A stretch of DNA of 46,098 nt from Clostridiales bacterium (GCA_015056385.1 SVGI01000004.1:1-46098); one strand, 5' to 3'; counted from the first letter of the stretch, positions 9,391-19,213 are shown. The notes: a model not told the origin generated them from the sequence alone. Numbers and translations are program-made.

Positions 9391-9990
9391 TCAAATGTAA
9401 TTTATTTTTTTAAGCAGCCTTCTTACCAAGCCCATGGGAAGCCCCACAACGTTGGAATATGAGCCGCGTATTTCCTCAATAAAAAAGTCTGAACAGCCCT
9501 GTATTGCGTATGCGCCTGCCTTGTCGTAAACGTTTTCCTTGGCGATATACTCGTTTATTTCATCCTTGCTTAGCCCCTGCATTGTAACCCTTGTGATAGC
9601 CTTATCACAGCAAAGTGCGGGCTTGCCGTTTTCAAGATAGAGCAGCGCAACCCCCGTTACCACGGTGTGGGTATTACTCTGAAGAGAATTAAGCATATTG
9701 AATGCCTCATCCTTGTCCTTAGGCTTACCCATTATGTTATTCCCAAGTATTACGGAGGTATCTGCGGAGAGTATAATATCGCCCTCCTTAAGCTCTGTAA
9801 TACGTGATGCAGCTATTGCCTTACCTCTTGCGAGAATAAGAGGAAAATCCTCAACAGGCATACCCTGAGTGGTGTTTTCACGTATGTATGCATCCTCGTT
9901 AAATTCGGGGACTGCAATTTTATATGTGAATCCGCATTTTGTTAAAAGCTCACTGCGGCGTGGGGATTTAGATGCAAGTATTATACCCAT
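9391..9990 (-). CDS. maf: Maf-family nucleoside triphosphate pyrophosphatase
   Basis: ILASKSPRR, ADT, GKP, DKAGAYAIQG, NVVGLP. Confidence 0.95.
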   Translation of the reverse strand: MGIILASKSPRRSELLTKCGFTYKIAVPEFNEDAYIRENTTQGMPVEDFPLILARGKAIAASRITELKEGDIILSADTSVILGNNIMGKPKDKDEAFNMLNSLQSNTHTVVTGVALLYLENGKPALCCDKAITRVTMQGLSKDEINEYIAKENVYDKAGAYAIQGCSDFFIEEIRGSYSNVVGLPMGLVRRLLKKINYI

Positions 9991-9999
9991 TTTCTTCCC

Positions 10000-10266
10000 T
10001 TATTTTGCAGTATAGTAAAGCACGAGTGCGGCAATAGTACCCAATGCGGATCCGAAATTGATCTTAAATGATATGCCGAAGCAAAATTTGAAAATAAATA
10101 AATCTATCCACACAGGGTTTCCTGAGGTCCCGAATTGTATGGAATTTGTAAAAATACCCCAGCCTGTAAGGTTACCCAATATGTTGCCGAGAACGGTTCC
10201 TATCAAAATACCTGCAAACAAAAGAAGCACCAGAAGCCAGACGGATTTTGTTTTGCGTTTTGCCAT
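10000..10266 (-). CDS. Small membrane protein, DUF4321-like
   Basis: 88 aa, hydrophobic, G...G..LG and IDL.......G.....N..S.LG pattern; position upstream of maf is typical in clostridia. Confidence 0.7.
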   Translation of the reverse strand: MAKRKTKSVWLLVLLLFAGILIGTVLGNILGNLTGWGIFTNSIQFGTSGNPVWIDLFIFKFCFGISFKINFGSALGTIAALVLYYTAK

Positions 10267-10288
10267 GTTTCCCTCCGTAAAAAGAGTG

Positions 10289-11701
10289 TTAAATTGTATA
10301 TTTGTCGTGATGAACAGCCCTCATAAGCTCCTTACGCTGGGTCTCATAACCCTTGCGGCCCAAAAGTGCAAATGTGGCCTTTTTACTTAATTCCACACCG
10401 GGCTGATCGTATGTATTGATGCCGAGAAGCTCACCCATAAAGGCGGTTTCAAATTCGAAGAACGTAAGAAGCTGTGCAACTGTGTTTGCATTTACCTCTG
10501 AAAGAGTAATGCTTCTCGTAAGCTTCCTTGAATCTGTAAGGGCGTACTGTGTGCCCTTTTGTTCACAGGCGGCAATATGGTCAAAACCTACACCTGAAAG
10601 GAATGACATTGCCTCCACCCCTGCATAATCCTCGGGTATATTTACAGAGCGTCCGTAATTTTCAACGTTTATGAACGTAATAACCTTATCGGACGGACCC
10701 TCTGAATAAAGCTGAAGCTGTGAGTGCTGGTCTGTTACACCTACTGCCTTTACAGGTGTTTGTCCGCAGTTAACAGTGTTGCCCTCTTTATCGTATTTCT
10801 TGCCGAGGCTTTCTGCCCAAAGCTGGCAATACCACTCTGCTATGGATGAAAGCTGCTGTGAATAGGGCATAAGCACGGAAATATTTTTTCCGGAATTTAC
10901 TGCAAGATACTGTAATAATGCAAATACAGCGGCAGGATTGCTTTTTATATCCTCGTTAAGGCAAAGCTCCTTCATTTTCTGTGCGCCTGTAAGCATACCC
11001 TTTATGTCTATACCGCAAACGGCGGCAGGGAAAAGGCCTACGGGTGAAAATACTGAAAATCTTCCGCCTGTACCGTTAGGTATTACAAAGCTCTTTATGC
11101 CGTACTCCCTTGCAAGCTCGAAAAGAACGCCCTTATCCTTGCTTGTGGTAAAGAAGAAATGCCTTGTCCAATCCTCAACGCCCTCCTTACAGAGAAGGTC
11201 CTTGAAGTATATAAACTGGGACATTGTTTCCGTTGTGGTTCCTGATTTTGTAATAACGTTAAAGGCGGTACGCTTAATGTCTATTACGTCGCAAAGAGCG
11301 CCTATCAGGGTAGGGTCGATATTATCAAGAACGTAAAAGCGGGGTCCCGGCCTTTTTGAATCGGGAAGCTCATTGTAGAAATTATGGTTTAAGGCCTTTT
11401 GAACGGCTATGGGGCCAAGTGCGCTTCCGCCTATGCCCAATACCACGAAATAGTCAAAATCTGCGGATACCTGCCTTGCGGTTTCCAATACGTCATTTAC
11501 AACGGAGTCCTCAGGTGAAAGAATATCCATCCATTCAACCATATTTTTTTCTGCGTTGTTATGAAGATCCCTTATTGCGTGAAGAGCGGAAGACGCCATA
11601 GGCAATATGTCAAAAAGCTGACTTTCGTCAAATCCACCCTGTGAAGCGGCTGAAAGCATATTATTATAATCGAATTTAAGTATGTTGTTCATTAAATACA
11701 C
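10289..11701 (-). CDS. pgi: Glucose-6-phosphate isomerase
   Basis: GIGGSALG, ITKSGTTTET, GGRFSV, QLWAESLGK, DQHSQLQLY, DQPGVE..K. Confidence 0.96.
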   Translation of the reverse strand: MYLMNNILKFDYNNMLSAASQGGFDESQLFDILPMASSALHAIRDLHNNAEKNMVEWMDILSPEDSVVNDVLETARQVSADFDYFVVLGIGGSALGPIAVQKALNHNFYNELPDSKRPGPRFYVLDNIDPTLIGALCDVIDIKRTAFNVITKSGTTTETMSQFIYFKDLLCKEGVEDWTRHFFFTTSKDKGVLFELAREYGIKSFVIPNGTGGRFSVFSPVGLFPAAVCGIDIKGMLTGAQKMKELCLNEDIKSNPAAVFALLQYLAVNSGKNISVLMPYSQQLSSIAEWYCQLWAESLGKKYDKEGNTVNCGQTPVKAVGVTDQHSQLQLYSEGPSDKVITFINVENYGRSVNIPEDYAGVEAMSFLSGVGFDHIAACEQKGTQYALTDSRKLTRSITLSEVNANTVAQLLTFFEFETAFMGELLGINTYDQPGVELSKKATFALLGRKGYETQRKELMRAVHHDKYTI

Positions 11702-11754
11702 CTACCGTTTTATTACGCATTTACCCTGTGTGAATGTACTATAAATCACCCTAT

Positions 11755-11783
11755 ATTATATCACAGGGAGCACTTCTCTTCAA
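11755..11783 (-). promoter_or_regulatory. sigmaA-like promoter for the pgi-maf-mre operon
   Basis: Minus strand TTGAAG-17 bp-TATAAT with a TG extension. Confidence 0.65.
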
Positions 11784-11876
11784 TAAAAATAATATAGAGA
11801 ATATATGTTTTTTATGAAAAAGGGTTAATCTTAAAAAATTAACATATCATTGAGTTATATATAAGCATATCCTACA

Positions 11877-11906
11877 TTGACAAAATTATGGAATATGTGG
11901 TATAAT
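11877..11906 (+). promoter_or_regulatory. sigmaA promoter for the T-box/ileS transcript
   Basis: TTGACA-18 bp-TATAAT with a TG extension. Confidence 0.8.
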
Positions 11907-11913
11907 CCACCTT

Positions 11914-12172
11914 AAAGTGATGAACGGAAGAGTAACACCCGGTGTTTTACACAGAGAGCGCTTTGTAAGCTGAAAGAAGCGTTAATTGCCGAGTTGTGAA
12001 TATCATCCGGGAGCTGCGCCCTGAAGCCTTTTATTCAGTAAGGGTATGCCGTTTTAGCCGCGTTAAGGTTATAAAAGTGGCGGTGTGTATATGCCGCAAC
12101 GTGGGTGGTACCACGGATAAATTGCTTGTCCGTCCCTCGGTGAGAGTTGTTCTCCTCGGGGGCATTATTTTT
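11914..12172 (+). ncRNA. T-box riboswitch, isoleucine specifier
   Basis: Stem I elements AGTA, AGAGA and GCTGA; specifier loop GAATATCA with Ile codon ATC; T-box GGGTGGTACCACGG near 12103-12116; terminator-like hairpin and T-rich tract before ileS. Confidence 0.92.
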
Positions 12173-12218
12173 ATAAAGTACAATACAGCAGTAAGCTGTA
12201 TAAACGGAGGATATATAT

Positions 12219-15200
12219 ATGTCTAAATTCAGGAATCTTTCCAATGAGCCTGTCAAAAGCCGCGAGGCATCCACTGCTCAGTATTGGAATGATATTGACT
12301 TATTGAAAAGATCTGTGGAAACCAGAAGCGCAAGTGAGCCCTTCGTATTCTTTGAGGGACCTCCAACAGCTAACGGCCGTCCGGGTATTCATCACGTTAT
12401 GGCACGTGCTCTTAAGGATGCGGTTTGCAGAAATAAGACCATGAACGGCTATCGTGTAGAAAGAAAAGCAGGCTGGGATACACACGGTCTTCCCGTAGAG
12501 ATAGAGGTTGAAAAGAAGCTTGGGCTTCAGGATAAAAACGATATCGAAAAATACGGTATAGAGGAATTCAATAAAAACTGCCGTGCAAGCGTTTTCGAGT
12601 ATGAAAGCCTTTGGAGAGAGATGACAAAGCGTATGGCTTACCTCATCGACCTTGACAATCCTTATATCACCCTTGATAACGATTATATTGAAACCGAATG
12701 GTGGATATTAGACCAGATGAACAAGGCCGGTCTTTTGTACGAGGGTCATAAGATTCTGCCCTTCTGCACAAGATGCGGAACGGGCCTTGCTTCTCACGAG
12801 GTTGCTCAGGGCTACAAGGAAATAAAGGTAACCACAGTTACAGTTAAGTTCAAGAGAAAGGACGTAGATGAATACTTCCTTGTATGGACAACAACTCCCT
12901 GGACTCTTGCCTCCAACGTAGCTCTTACAGTAAACGCAGAGCACGACTACGTTAAGGTTGAAAAGGACGGAGTTATTTACTACGTTGGCGCACAGCAGGC
13001 AGCAAAGGTATTGGGCGAGGGATATACTGTTCTCGAAACGATGAAGGGTAGCGCTCTTGAATATATCGAGTACGAGCAGCTTATGCCCTTCCTCACACCT
13101 GATAAAAAGGCGTTCTACGTAACTACTGCAGATTACGTTACTACTGAAGACGGTACAGGTATAGTTCATACAGCACCTGCCTTCGGTGAGGACGACTATA
13201 ATACCTGCAAGCGCTACGGACTTCCCGTATTGAATCCCGTTGCTGAGGACGGTAAGTATTTCGAAACTCCCTGGGCAGGAAAATTCGTTATGGATGCAGA
13301 CCCCGACGTTATTGAATGGCTTATAGAAAACGGTAAGCTCTTCAAGAAGGAAAAGATGGTCCATAACTATCCTCACTGCTGGCGCTGCAAAACACCCTTG
13401 CTTTATTATGCAAAGCCCAGCTGGTATATTGAGATGACAAAGCTCAAGGACCTTCTCATTAAAAACAACAACACAGTTGAATGGTATCCCCCCTTCGTAG
13501 GTGAGGGAAGATTCGGCAACTGGCTTGAAAATCTTAACGACTGGGCAATTTCAAGAAGCCGTTATTGGGGTACTCCCCTTAACGTATGGCGCTGCGAGTG
13601 CGGTGCTATTGAAACAGTAGGCTCACGCAAGGAGCTTGCAGAGCGCGCTATTGAGGATATTGATGAAAGCATTGACCTCCACCGCCCCTACGTAGACGGT
13701 GTACACATCAAATGCCCCAAGTGCGGTAAGACAATGACAAGAGTTAAGGACGTTATCGACTGCTGGTTCGACAGCGGCTCAATGCCCTTCGCGCAGAGGC
13801 ACTATCCCTTCGAGCATAAGGATGATTTTGATAAATACTTCCCTGCAGACTTTATTTGTGAGGGTATAGACCAGACAAGAGGCTGGTTCTACTCACTCCT
13901 TGCTATATCAACCTTTGTAAAGGGCGTATCTCCTTATAAGAGAGTATTGGTAAACGACCTTATACTTGATAAAGACGGCCAGAAGATGTCTAAGTCCCGT
14001 GGTAACACCGTAGATCCCTTTGCGCTCTTTGATGAGTACGGCGCAGATGCCTTAAGATGGTATCTCTACTACGTTTCCCCCGCATGGAGCCCCACTAAGT
14101 TTGACGAATCCGGCCTCCGCGAGATAATGAACAGATTCTTCATTACGCTTAAGAATATCTATTCATTCTTCGTTATGTATGCCAATACAGATGATCTTGA
14201 TCCCCGTGAGTTCTATATTGAGCCTAAGGATCGTCCTGAAATAGACCGCTGGATGCTTTCAAGGCTTAATTCAGTAGTAAAATACGTAAACGAGTGCTTT
14301 GATTGCTACGATATTACAAAGGCAGCACGTAAGATTCAGGACTTCCTTAACGACGACGTTTCCAACTGGTATATCCGCCGCTGCAGAAGACGCTTTTGGG
14401 CAAGTGAGATAGACGACGATAAGCGCGCGGTATATAACACATGCTATGAGGTGCTTCATACCGTTGCAAGGCTTATTGCTCCTATGACTCCCTATATTGC
14501 AGAGGAATTGTACCGTGAGCTTACAAACGAGGAATCTGTACACCTTGCAGAATACCCCAAGTGCAACGACGCTCTTATTGATATGGCTCTTGAGGAGAAG
14601 ATGAATATCGTTATGACAGTTGCTACGCTTGGCCGTTCACTCCGTGAAAAGGTACGTATTAAGGTGCGTCAGCCCTTAAGCGAGGTTATGCTTGACGGAC
14701 GTTACAGTCAAACAGTAGGCGGTCTTACAGACCTTATTATGGAGGAGCTTAACGTAAAGAAGGTAACCTTCGTAGAGGATATGTCCGATTACGTTATTTA
14801 TACATTGAAGCCCAACTTCAGAGCAGTTGGCGGTAAGGTAGGTAAGCTTATGGGTGAATTTACACAGTGCCTTAAGAATGCCAACGCTCCTGAAATCGTA
14901 AAGACTCTTGAGGCAGGTAACACAGTTAAGTTCACTCTTTCCGGCAACGAGTTTGAGTTTAATGCAGATGAAATTACCGTAACCTATTCTGTACGTGAGG
15001 GCTTTGATATGATAAGCGGCAACGACGTTCTTGTTGTTCTTGAAACAACTCTTACAGAAGAGCTTATTGAAGAGGGCTACCTCCGCGAGCTTCTTTCAAA
15101 GGTCCAGAACCTCAGAAAGACAAGCGGCTTCGACGTTGCGGATAACATCAGGCTCTATGTTTCAGGTGATGAGGTTATTACAGGTGTTGTAAATAAATAC

Positions 15201-15317
15201 AGCGAGTATATCAAAACAGAGGTTCTCGCACAGGAGATAATCCTCAGTGATGAGGTTGTAACGGCTGTTGAGGATCTTAACTCACACGAAACAAAGATCG
15301 GTGTTGTTAAGCTTTGA
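12219..15317 (+). CDS. ileS: Isoleucine--tRNA ligase, type 2
   Basis: EGPPTANG.PGIHH, GWDTHGLP, WTTTPWTL, DWAISRSRYWG, KMSKS; 1032 aa with no C-terminal zinc finger; Ile T-box upstream. Confidence 0.97.
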   Translation: MSKFRNLSNEPVKSREASTAQYWNDIDLLKRSVETRSASEPFVFFEGPPTANGRPGIHHVMARALKDAVCRNKTMNGYRVERKAGWDTHGLPVEIEVEKKLGLQDKNDIEKYGIEEFNKNCRASVFEYESLWREMTKRMAYLIDLDNPYITLDNDYIETEWWILDQMNKAGLLYEGHKILPFCTRCGTGLASHEVAQGYKEIKVTTVTVKFKRKDVDEYFLVWTTTPWTLASNVALTVNAEHDYVKVEKDGVIYYVGAQQAAKVLGEGYTVLETMKGSALEYIEYEQLMPFLTPDKKAFYVTTADYVTTEDGTGIVHTAPAFGEDDYNTCKRYGLPVLNPVAEDGKYFETPWAGKFVMDADPDVIEWLIENGKLFKKEKMVHNYPHCWRCKTPLLYYAKPSWYIEMTKLKDLLIKNNNTVEWYPPFVGEGRFGNWLENLNDWAISRSRYWGTPLNVWRCECGAIETVGSRKELAERAIEDIDESIDLHRPYVDGVHIKCPKCGKTMTRVKDVIDCWFDSGSMPFAQRHYPFEHKDDFDKYFPADFICEGIDQTRGWFYSLLAISTFVKGVSPYKRVLVNDLILDKDGQKMSKSRGNTVDPFALFDEYGADALRWYLYYVSPAWSPTKFDESGLREIMNRFFITLKNIYSFFVMYANTDDLDPREFYIEPKDRPEIDRWMLSRLNSVVKYVNECFDCYDITKAARKIQDFLNDDVSNWYIRRCRRRFWASEIDDDKRAVYNTCYEVLHTVARLIAPMTPYIAEELYRELTNEESVHLAEYPKCNDALIDMALEEKMNIVMTVATLGRSLREKVRIKVRQPLSEVMLDGRYSQTVGGLTDLIMEELNVKKVTFVEDMSDYVIYTLKPNFRAVGGKVGKLMGEFTQCLKNANAPEIVKTLEAGNTVKFTLSGNEFEFNADEITVTYSVREGFDMISGNDVLVVLETTLTEELIEEGYLRELLSKVQNLRKTSGFDVADNIRLYVSGDEVITGVVNKYSEYIKTEVLAQEIILSDEVVTAVEDLNSHETKIGVVKL

Positions 15318-15335
15318 TAAACAAATAAAATAATT

Positions 15336-15365
15336 AAACGGGTGGTATTATCCACCCGTTTTTTT
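15336..15365 (+). terminator. Intrinsic terminator of ileS
   Basis: AAACGGGTGG-TATTAT-CCACCCGTTT plus T-tract. Confidence 0.85.
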
Positions 15366-15369
15366 GCAC

Positions 15370-15403
15370 AAAAAAATCCGTTCCCACAAAAGGAACGGAT
15401 TTT
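15370..15403 (-). terminator. Intrinsic terminator of gdhA
   Basis: AAAATCCGTTCC...GGAACGGATTTT with an A-tract on the left (U-tract on the minus strand). Confidence 0.8.
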
Positions 15404-15426
15404 GTATTATATAGTATTGACCTAAA

Positions 15427-16776
15427 TCAAACTACACCAAGCTGCATCATAGCCTCTGCTACCTTGCTGAAGCCTGCGATGTTAGCGCCGGAAACAAGGT
15501 CATCCTCGTGAGAGTACTTACATGCGTATTCGGATGCGTGGAGGTAAATGTTCTTCATGATCTCGTGAAGCTTGTGATCAACCTCGTCGAATGTCCATGA
15601 AATACGCTGACTATTCTGGCTCATTTCAAGGGCTGACGTAGCAACACCGCCTGCGTTTGCTGCCTTTGCAGGTCCGAAGAGAATGCCTGCATCCATAAGG
15701 GCGTGTGTAGCGTCTAACGTTGTGGGCATGTTTGCACCCTCTGCAACGAGCATACATCCGTTTTTGATAAGCTCTTTAGCTGATGCAAGGGGAAGCTCGT
15801 TCTGTGTAGCGCAGGGGAGAGCTATATCACAGGGTACCTCCCATATTCTAACACAGCTGTCAACGTACGTTGCATCGGGAACGTATTTGAGGTAATCTGA
15901 AATTCTGCCGCGCTCTACCTCCTTTATCTGCTTTACGATATCAAGCTTAATGCCGTTTTTATCGTAAATATAGCCGGAGGAGTCGCTCATTGCAATAACA
16001 GTTGCGCCCATAGATGCTACCTTTTCGTGAGCGTATATTGCAACGTTACCGGAGCCGGAGATAACAACCTTCTTGCCTTCAAAGCCGTTTTTCTTTGATG
16101 CAAGCATTTCGTTTGCGAAATAGATAAGGCCGTAGCCTGTGGCCTCTCTTCTTGCAAGAGAGCCGCCGTATGCAATGCCCTTGCCTGTAAGAACGCCTGT
16201 GTAGGAGCCTGTGATACGCTTGTACTGGCCGTAGAGGTAGCCGATTTCACGTCCGCCAACACCAATGTCGCCTGCGGGAACGTCAACGTCATCACCTACG
16301 TATTTGTAAAGCTCTGTCATAAAGCTCTGGCAGAAGCTCATAATTTCAGTATCGCTTTTGCCCTTGGGGTCGAAGTTGCTGCCGCCCTTACCGCCGCCGA
16401 TGGGAAGACCTGTAAGAGAGTTTTTAAGCACCTGCTCAAAGCCGAGGAATTTGATAATACTGAAGTTTACAGACGGGTGGAATCTCAAGCCGCCCTTGTA
16501 GGGTCCTATGGAGTTGTTAAATTGAACGCGGTATCCGCGGTTAACCCTTACCATACCCTTATCGTCTATCCACGGAACTCTGAACATGATCATTCTGTCC
16601 GGCTCAACATAACGCTCCAAAAGCGCGTATTTTTTGAATTCGGGATGCTGTGCGATATAGGGAATAAGTGAGGTAAGAGCCTCTGTTGCAGCCTGTATAA
16701 ATTCCGGCTGTTCAGAGCTTTTTCTTCCTAAGTAATTTAATACCTCTTCAACGTATTGTGAAGCATCTGTGTACAT
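15427..16776 (-). CDS. gdhA: NAD(P)-specific glutamate dehydrogenase
   Basis: GPYKGGLRFHPSV, GGGKGG, DVPAGDIGVG, EATGYG, GSGNVA, AEGANMP, KAANAGGV. Confidence 0.97.
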   Translation of the reverse strand: MYTDASQYVEEVLNYLGRKSSEQPEFIQAATEALTSLIPYIAQHPEFKKYALLERYVEPDRMIMFRVPWIDDKGMVRVNRGYRVQFNNSIGPYKGGLRFHPSVNFSIIKFLGFEQVLKNSLTGLPIGGGKGGSNFDPKGKSDTEIMSFCQSFMTELYKYVGDDVDVPAGDIGVGGREIGYLYGQYKRITGSYTGVLTGKGIAYGGSLARREATGYGLIYFANEMLASKKNGFEGKKVVISGSGNVAIYAHEKVASMGATVIAMSDSSGYIYDKNGIKLDIVKQIKEVERGRISDYLKYVPDATYVDSCVRIWEVPCDIALPCATQNELPLASAKELIKNGCMLVAEGANMPTTLDATHALMDAGILFGPAKAANAGGVATSALEMSQNSQRISWTFDEVDHKLHEIMKNIYLHASEYACKYSHEDDLVSGANIAGFSKVAEAMMQLGVV

Positions 16777-16864
16777 TGCTGATTTCTCCTTTACAATAGA
16801 CTGTTATATGGAAATGATTCATACAAAGAATATATTCCAACAGTAACAAAAAAACATTGGAAGG

Positions 16865-16894
16865 ATTATAACATAATGGAAACAAAAAATGCAA
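16865..16894 (-). promoter_or_regulatory. sigmaA-like promoter for gdhA
   Basis: Minus strand TTGCAT-18 bp-TATAAT with a TG extension. Confidence 0.6.
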
Positions 16895-17015
16895 GTGGAA
16901 GATATAAAAATTGCATTTTTAACGAAAAAAAATAAGTATAATTGATGTTATACTTGCATTTTTGCTAAAAAATGCAAGTGATAATGCAAAAAACAGTCAA
17001 ATCAGGGTGGAAAGC

Positions 17016-17918
17016 TTATACAGAGGGGAGTGTGAATACCGAAAGTACGAATAAATATATCGCAATTACGGCAACAGCGCTTATAAACAGGGAAAAAACC
17101 GTAAGATAACGCAAAAGATTTATTTGCCTTACAGAAAGTGAAGTATCGCCCTTGTGATCCCATGCATATACCATTCTGCGGAGGTTATCACTGCAGCGCA
17201 GACATATTTTCTTTTCCTTTGATTTATCTGCCTTTATGCCCATTACCCACTTAAACGCAAGTATAATGATGTTAAGCATAAGATATGCAGGATAAGAAAG
17301 TATAGCCGTAAGCCTGCCCGCGAATACAAGGTATCCGTGGGTAAGTATGCGTCTGTCGTTTACGTAAATACCTCTTAGGGCAAGTATAAGGTAAACGGCA
17401 AGAAGAGAAAAAACATATTTTTCAGGGCAAAGCATACCTATAATAACAGGGGTAATTATAAATTCTCCGCATATTTTTACCACAGCACCGCTTATTACGC
17501 TGTAATAGTTTGAGGGTACAATTTTATCTGTGTTGGGAATAAGCAGCTCGTCAATACAGCGTATAATATATCCGTCTGAATTGTGAATAATGCCCTTGCG
17601 TATTTTTTTGAGTGCGCCCATAAGCTGGCCTGCCTTTGAAAAAAAGCAGCCGCAGATTATGAAAAACACCCTGTACACGATTTTGTATTGAGATTTAACA
17701 ACATAAATGGACAATATCTCGCACATTAAAAAAGCCGCAATACATACAAATAACGTAATAAACGCGCCCTTATACACCAACGAGGAGTAAGTGGATTTTT
17801 TTTCGAATCTTAATGATGCCTTTACCGCAATATCCCTGGGTAAAGCAAAAAACGGCTTAAGCAAAAAGCCGAATATAAGGTTTAAGGTAAAGCCTACCAG
17901 TATGTAAAATGAACTCAT
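17016..17918 (-). CDS. Membrane protein, remote CbiB/CobD (AmpE-like) homologue lacking the family motifs
   Basis: Hydrophobic pattern and spacing follow CbiB as I recall it (LNLIFG ~ LDxxxG; NT..I.P ~ DT..L; IITP ~ IIAP; AGRL ~ ARLDD). ATGA overlap with the upstream kinase gene. Confidence 0.55.
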   Translation of the reverse strand: MSSFYILVGFTLNLIFGFLLKPFFALPRDIAVKASLRFEKKSTYSSLVYKGAFITLFVCIAAFLMCEILSIYVVKSQYKIVYRVFFIICGCFFSKAGQLMGALKKIRKGIIHNSDGYIIRCIDELLIPNTDKIVPSNYYSVISGAVVKICGEFIITPVIIGMLCPEKYVFSLLAVYLILALRGIYVNDRRILTHGYLVFAGRLTAILSYPAYLMLNIIILAFKWVMGIKADKSKEKKICLRCSDNLRRMVYAWDHKGDTSLSVRQINLLRYLTVFSLFISAVAVIAIYLFVLSVFTLPSV

Positions 17919-19201
17919 TTATTATCCTCGCCTAAAGTGAAAATAATCGAAAGACCGCCTCTTTCATTATTTTTTGCCGAAATTACTCCGTTGTGTGCCT
18001 CTACTATACTCTTGCATATTGCAAGTCCAAGACCTGCAACATGTCGGCTGCTGTCAGAGGTATAAAAGGGGTCAAAAAGCTTTTGGAGCTTTTCCTCACT
18101 TACACCGCCCCCGTTATCTGAAACCTCAAACACACCGTTGTTACAGAGAATCTGAATGCTTGTGTGCTGTGATGAGGAATGCCTTATGCTGTTGTTTATT
18201 ATGTTTGAAAAAACACGCTTTATCTGTGCGTTATCTATGCGGAGAATACAGTCGTTCCCTATAAAGTCCACGGAAAACTCCGCGTTTTTAAGAATCGGGT
18301 CCTCTGAAAACTCGGATTCTATTTCACGGCAAAGCTCAAATGCGGATATTTTAGTGAATATCATGGTATGCTCTCTGTTATACGAAAGGTACATATCAAC
18401 GTCGTCTATAAGGGACTGTATATGATGCGCACGTGAATAAATAATCTGTATGTATTTTCGCTTTACATCGTCGGGAAGGTCCTTCTTTTCCAGACGCTCC
18501 GCATATCCCATAACAGAGGTAAGAGGTGTTTTTATATCATGTGATATAGAGGCAATTACCTTCTTTTTTTCTTCATCCTTGGCCTTCAGCCTTGCGGTAA
18601 GCTCTGCAAATCTCTGGGAAATCCAGCCTATTTCATCGTTCCTGTTCACACCGCTGGGGATTACACCCTTTTCGTAAAGCTCCATATCCGTTTTAAGCCT
18701 TAGAAGCGGCTTTACCAGCCTTGTGTATATGTACACTATAACAAAAAGATAGATTACGGATATAACGATAGCCTCTGTAATAATGAGATTTTTTATGGGT
18801 GTAAAGCTTATGATGCTTTCTATATCGAAGGTTCCCATGGCAACGGTAACAGAAACCGAATAAACCCCGTCTGCAGCCTGTACGGGGAACGAACGGGAAA
18901 TAGGGTAAAAAACGTTCTCGGGAAGCTTGTCGTGCATAAGCACGTCCTGCCCGAGGCTGTTGGTTACTGTTACGCGTATATTATTCTCATCGGCGTATTG
19001 CTTAAGGCTTTCTTTTATATCCCCGCTATTGCAAAGGGGAAGTATTTCATTATTTATTGAATCACGAAGCTCAAGCTGCGTCTGCTCTACGGATTCTCTT
19101 ATATCCTTTGGTAAAAAGGCGGATATGTATATAAGCAAAACCGCTATATTCAAAAGAGATATAAGCAATACTGCCAGAGGTAATTTGTGTCTTAACTGCA
19201 T
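17915..19201 (-). CDS. HAMP-domain sensor histidine kinase
   Basis: Two TMs, HAMP (DEIG), H-box SHDIKTPLT, N-box NIINNSIRH, DNGGG, GLGLAI. Confidence 0.95.
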   Translation of the reverse strand: MQLRHKLPLAVLLISLLNIAVLLIYISAFLPKDIRESVEQTQLELRDSINNEILPLCNSGDIKESLKQYADENNIRVTVTNSLGQDVLMHDKLPENVFYPISRSFPVQAADGVYSVSVTVAMGTFDIESIISFTPIKNLIITEAIVISVIYLFVIVYIYTRLVKPLLRLKTDMELYEKGVIPSGVNRNDEIGWISQRFAELTARLKAKDEEKKKVIASISHDIKTPLTSVMGYAERLEKKDLPDDVKRKYIQIIYSRAHHIQSLIDDVDMYLSYNREHTMIFTKISAFELCREIESEFSEDPILKNAEFSVDFIGNDCILRIDNAQIKRVFSNIINNSIRHSSSQHTSIQILCNNGVFEVSDNGGGVSEEKLQKLFDPFYTSDSSRHVAGLGLAICKSIVEAHNGVISAKNNERGGLSIIFTLGEDNK

Positions 19202-19213
19202 AGTAAAAAGTTT

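Noticed and set aside
12708-13376. 222-aa antisense ORF inside ileS
   Set aside because: Shadow frame caused by codon bias of the sense gene; no motifs or RBS.
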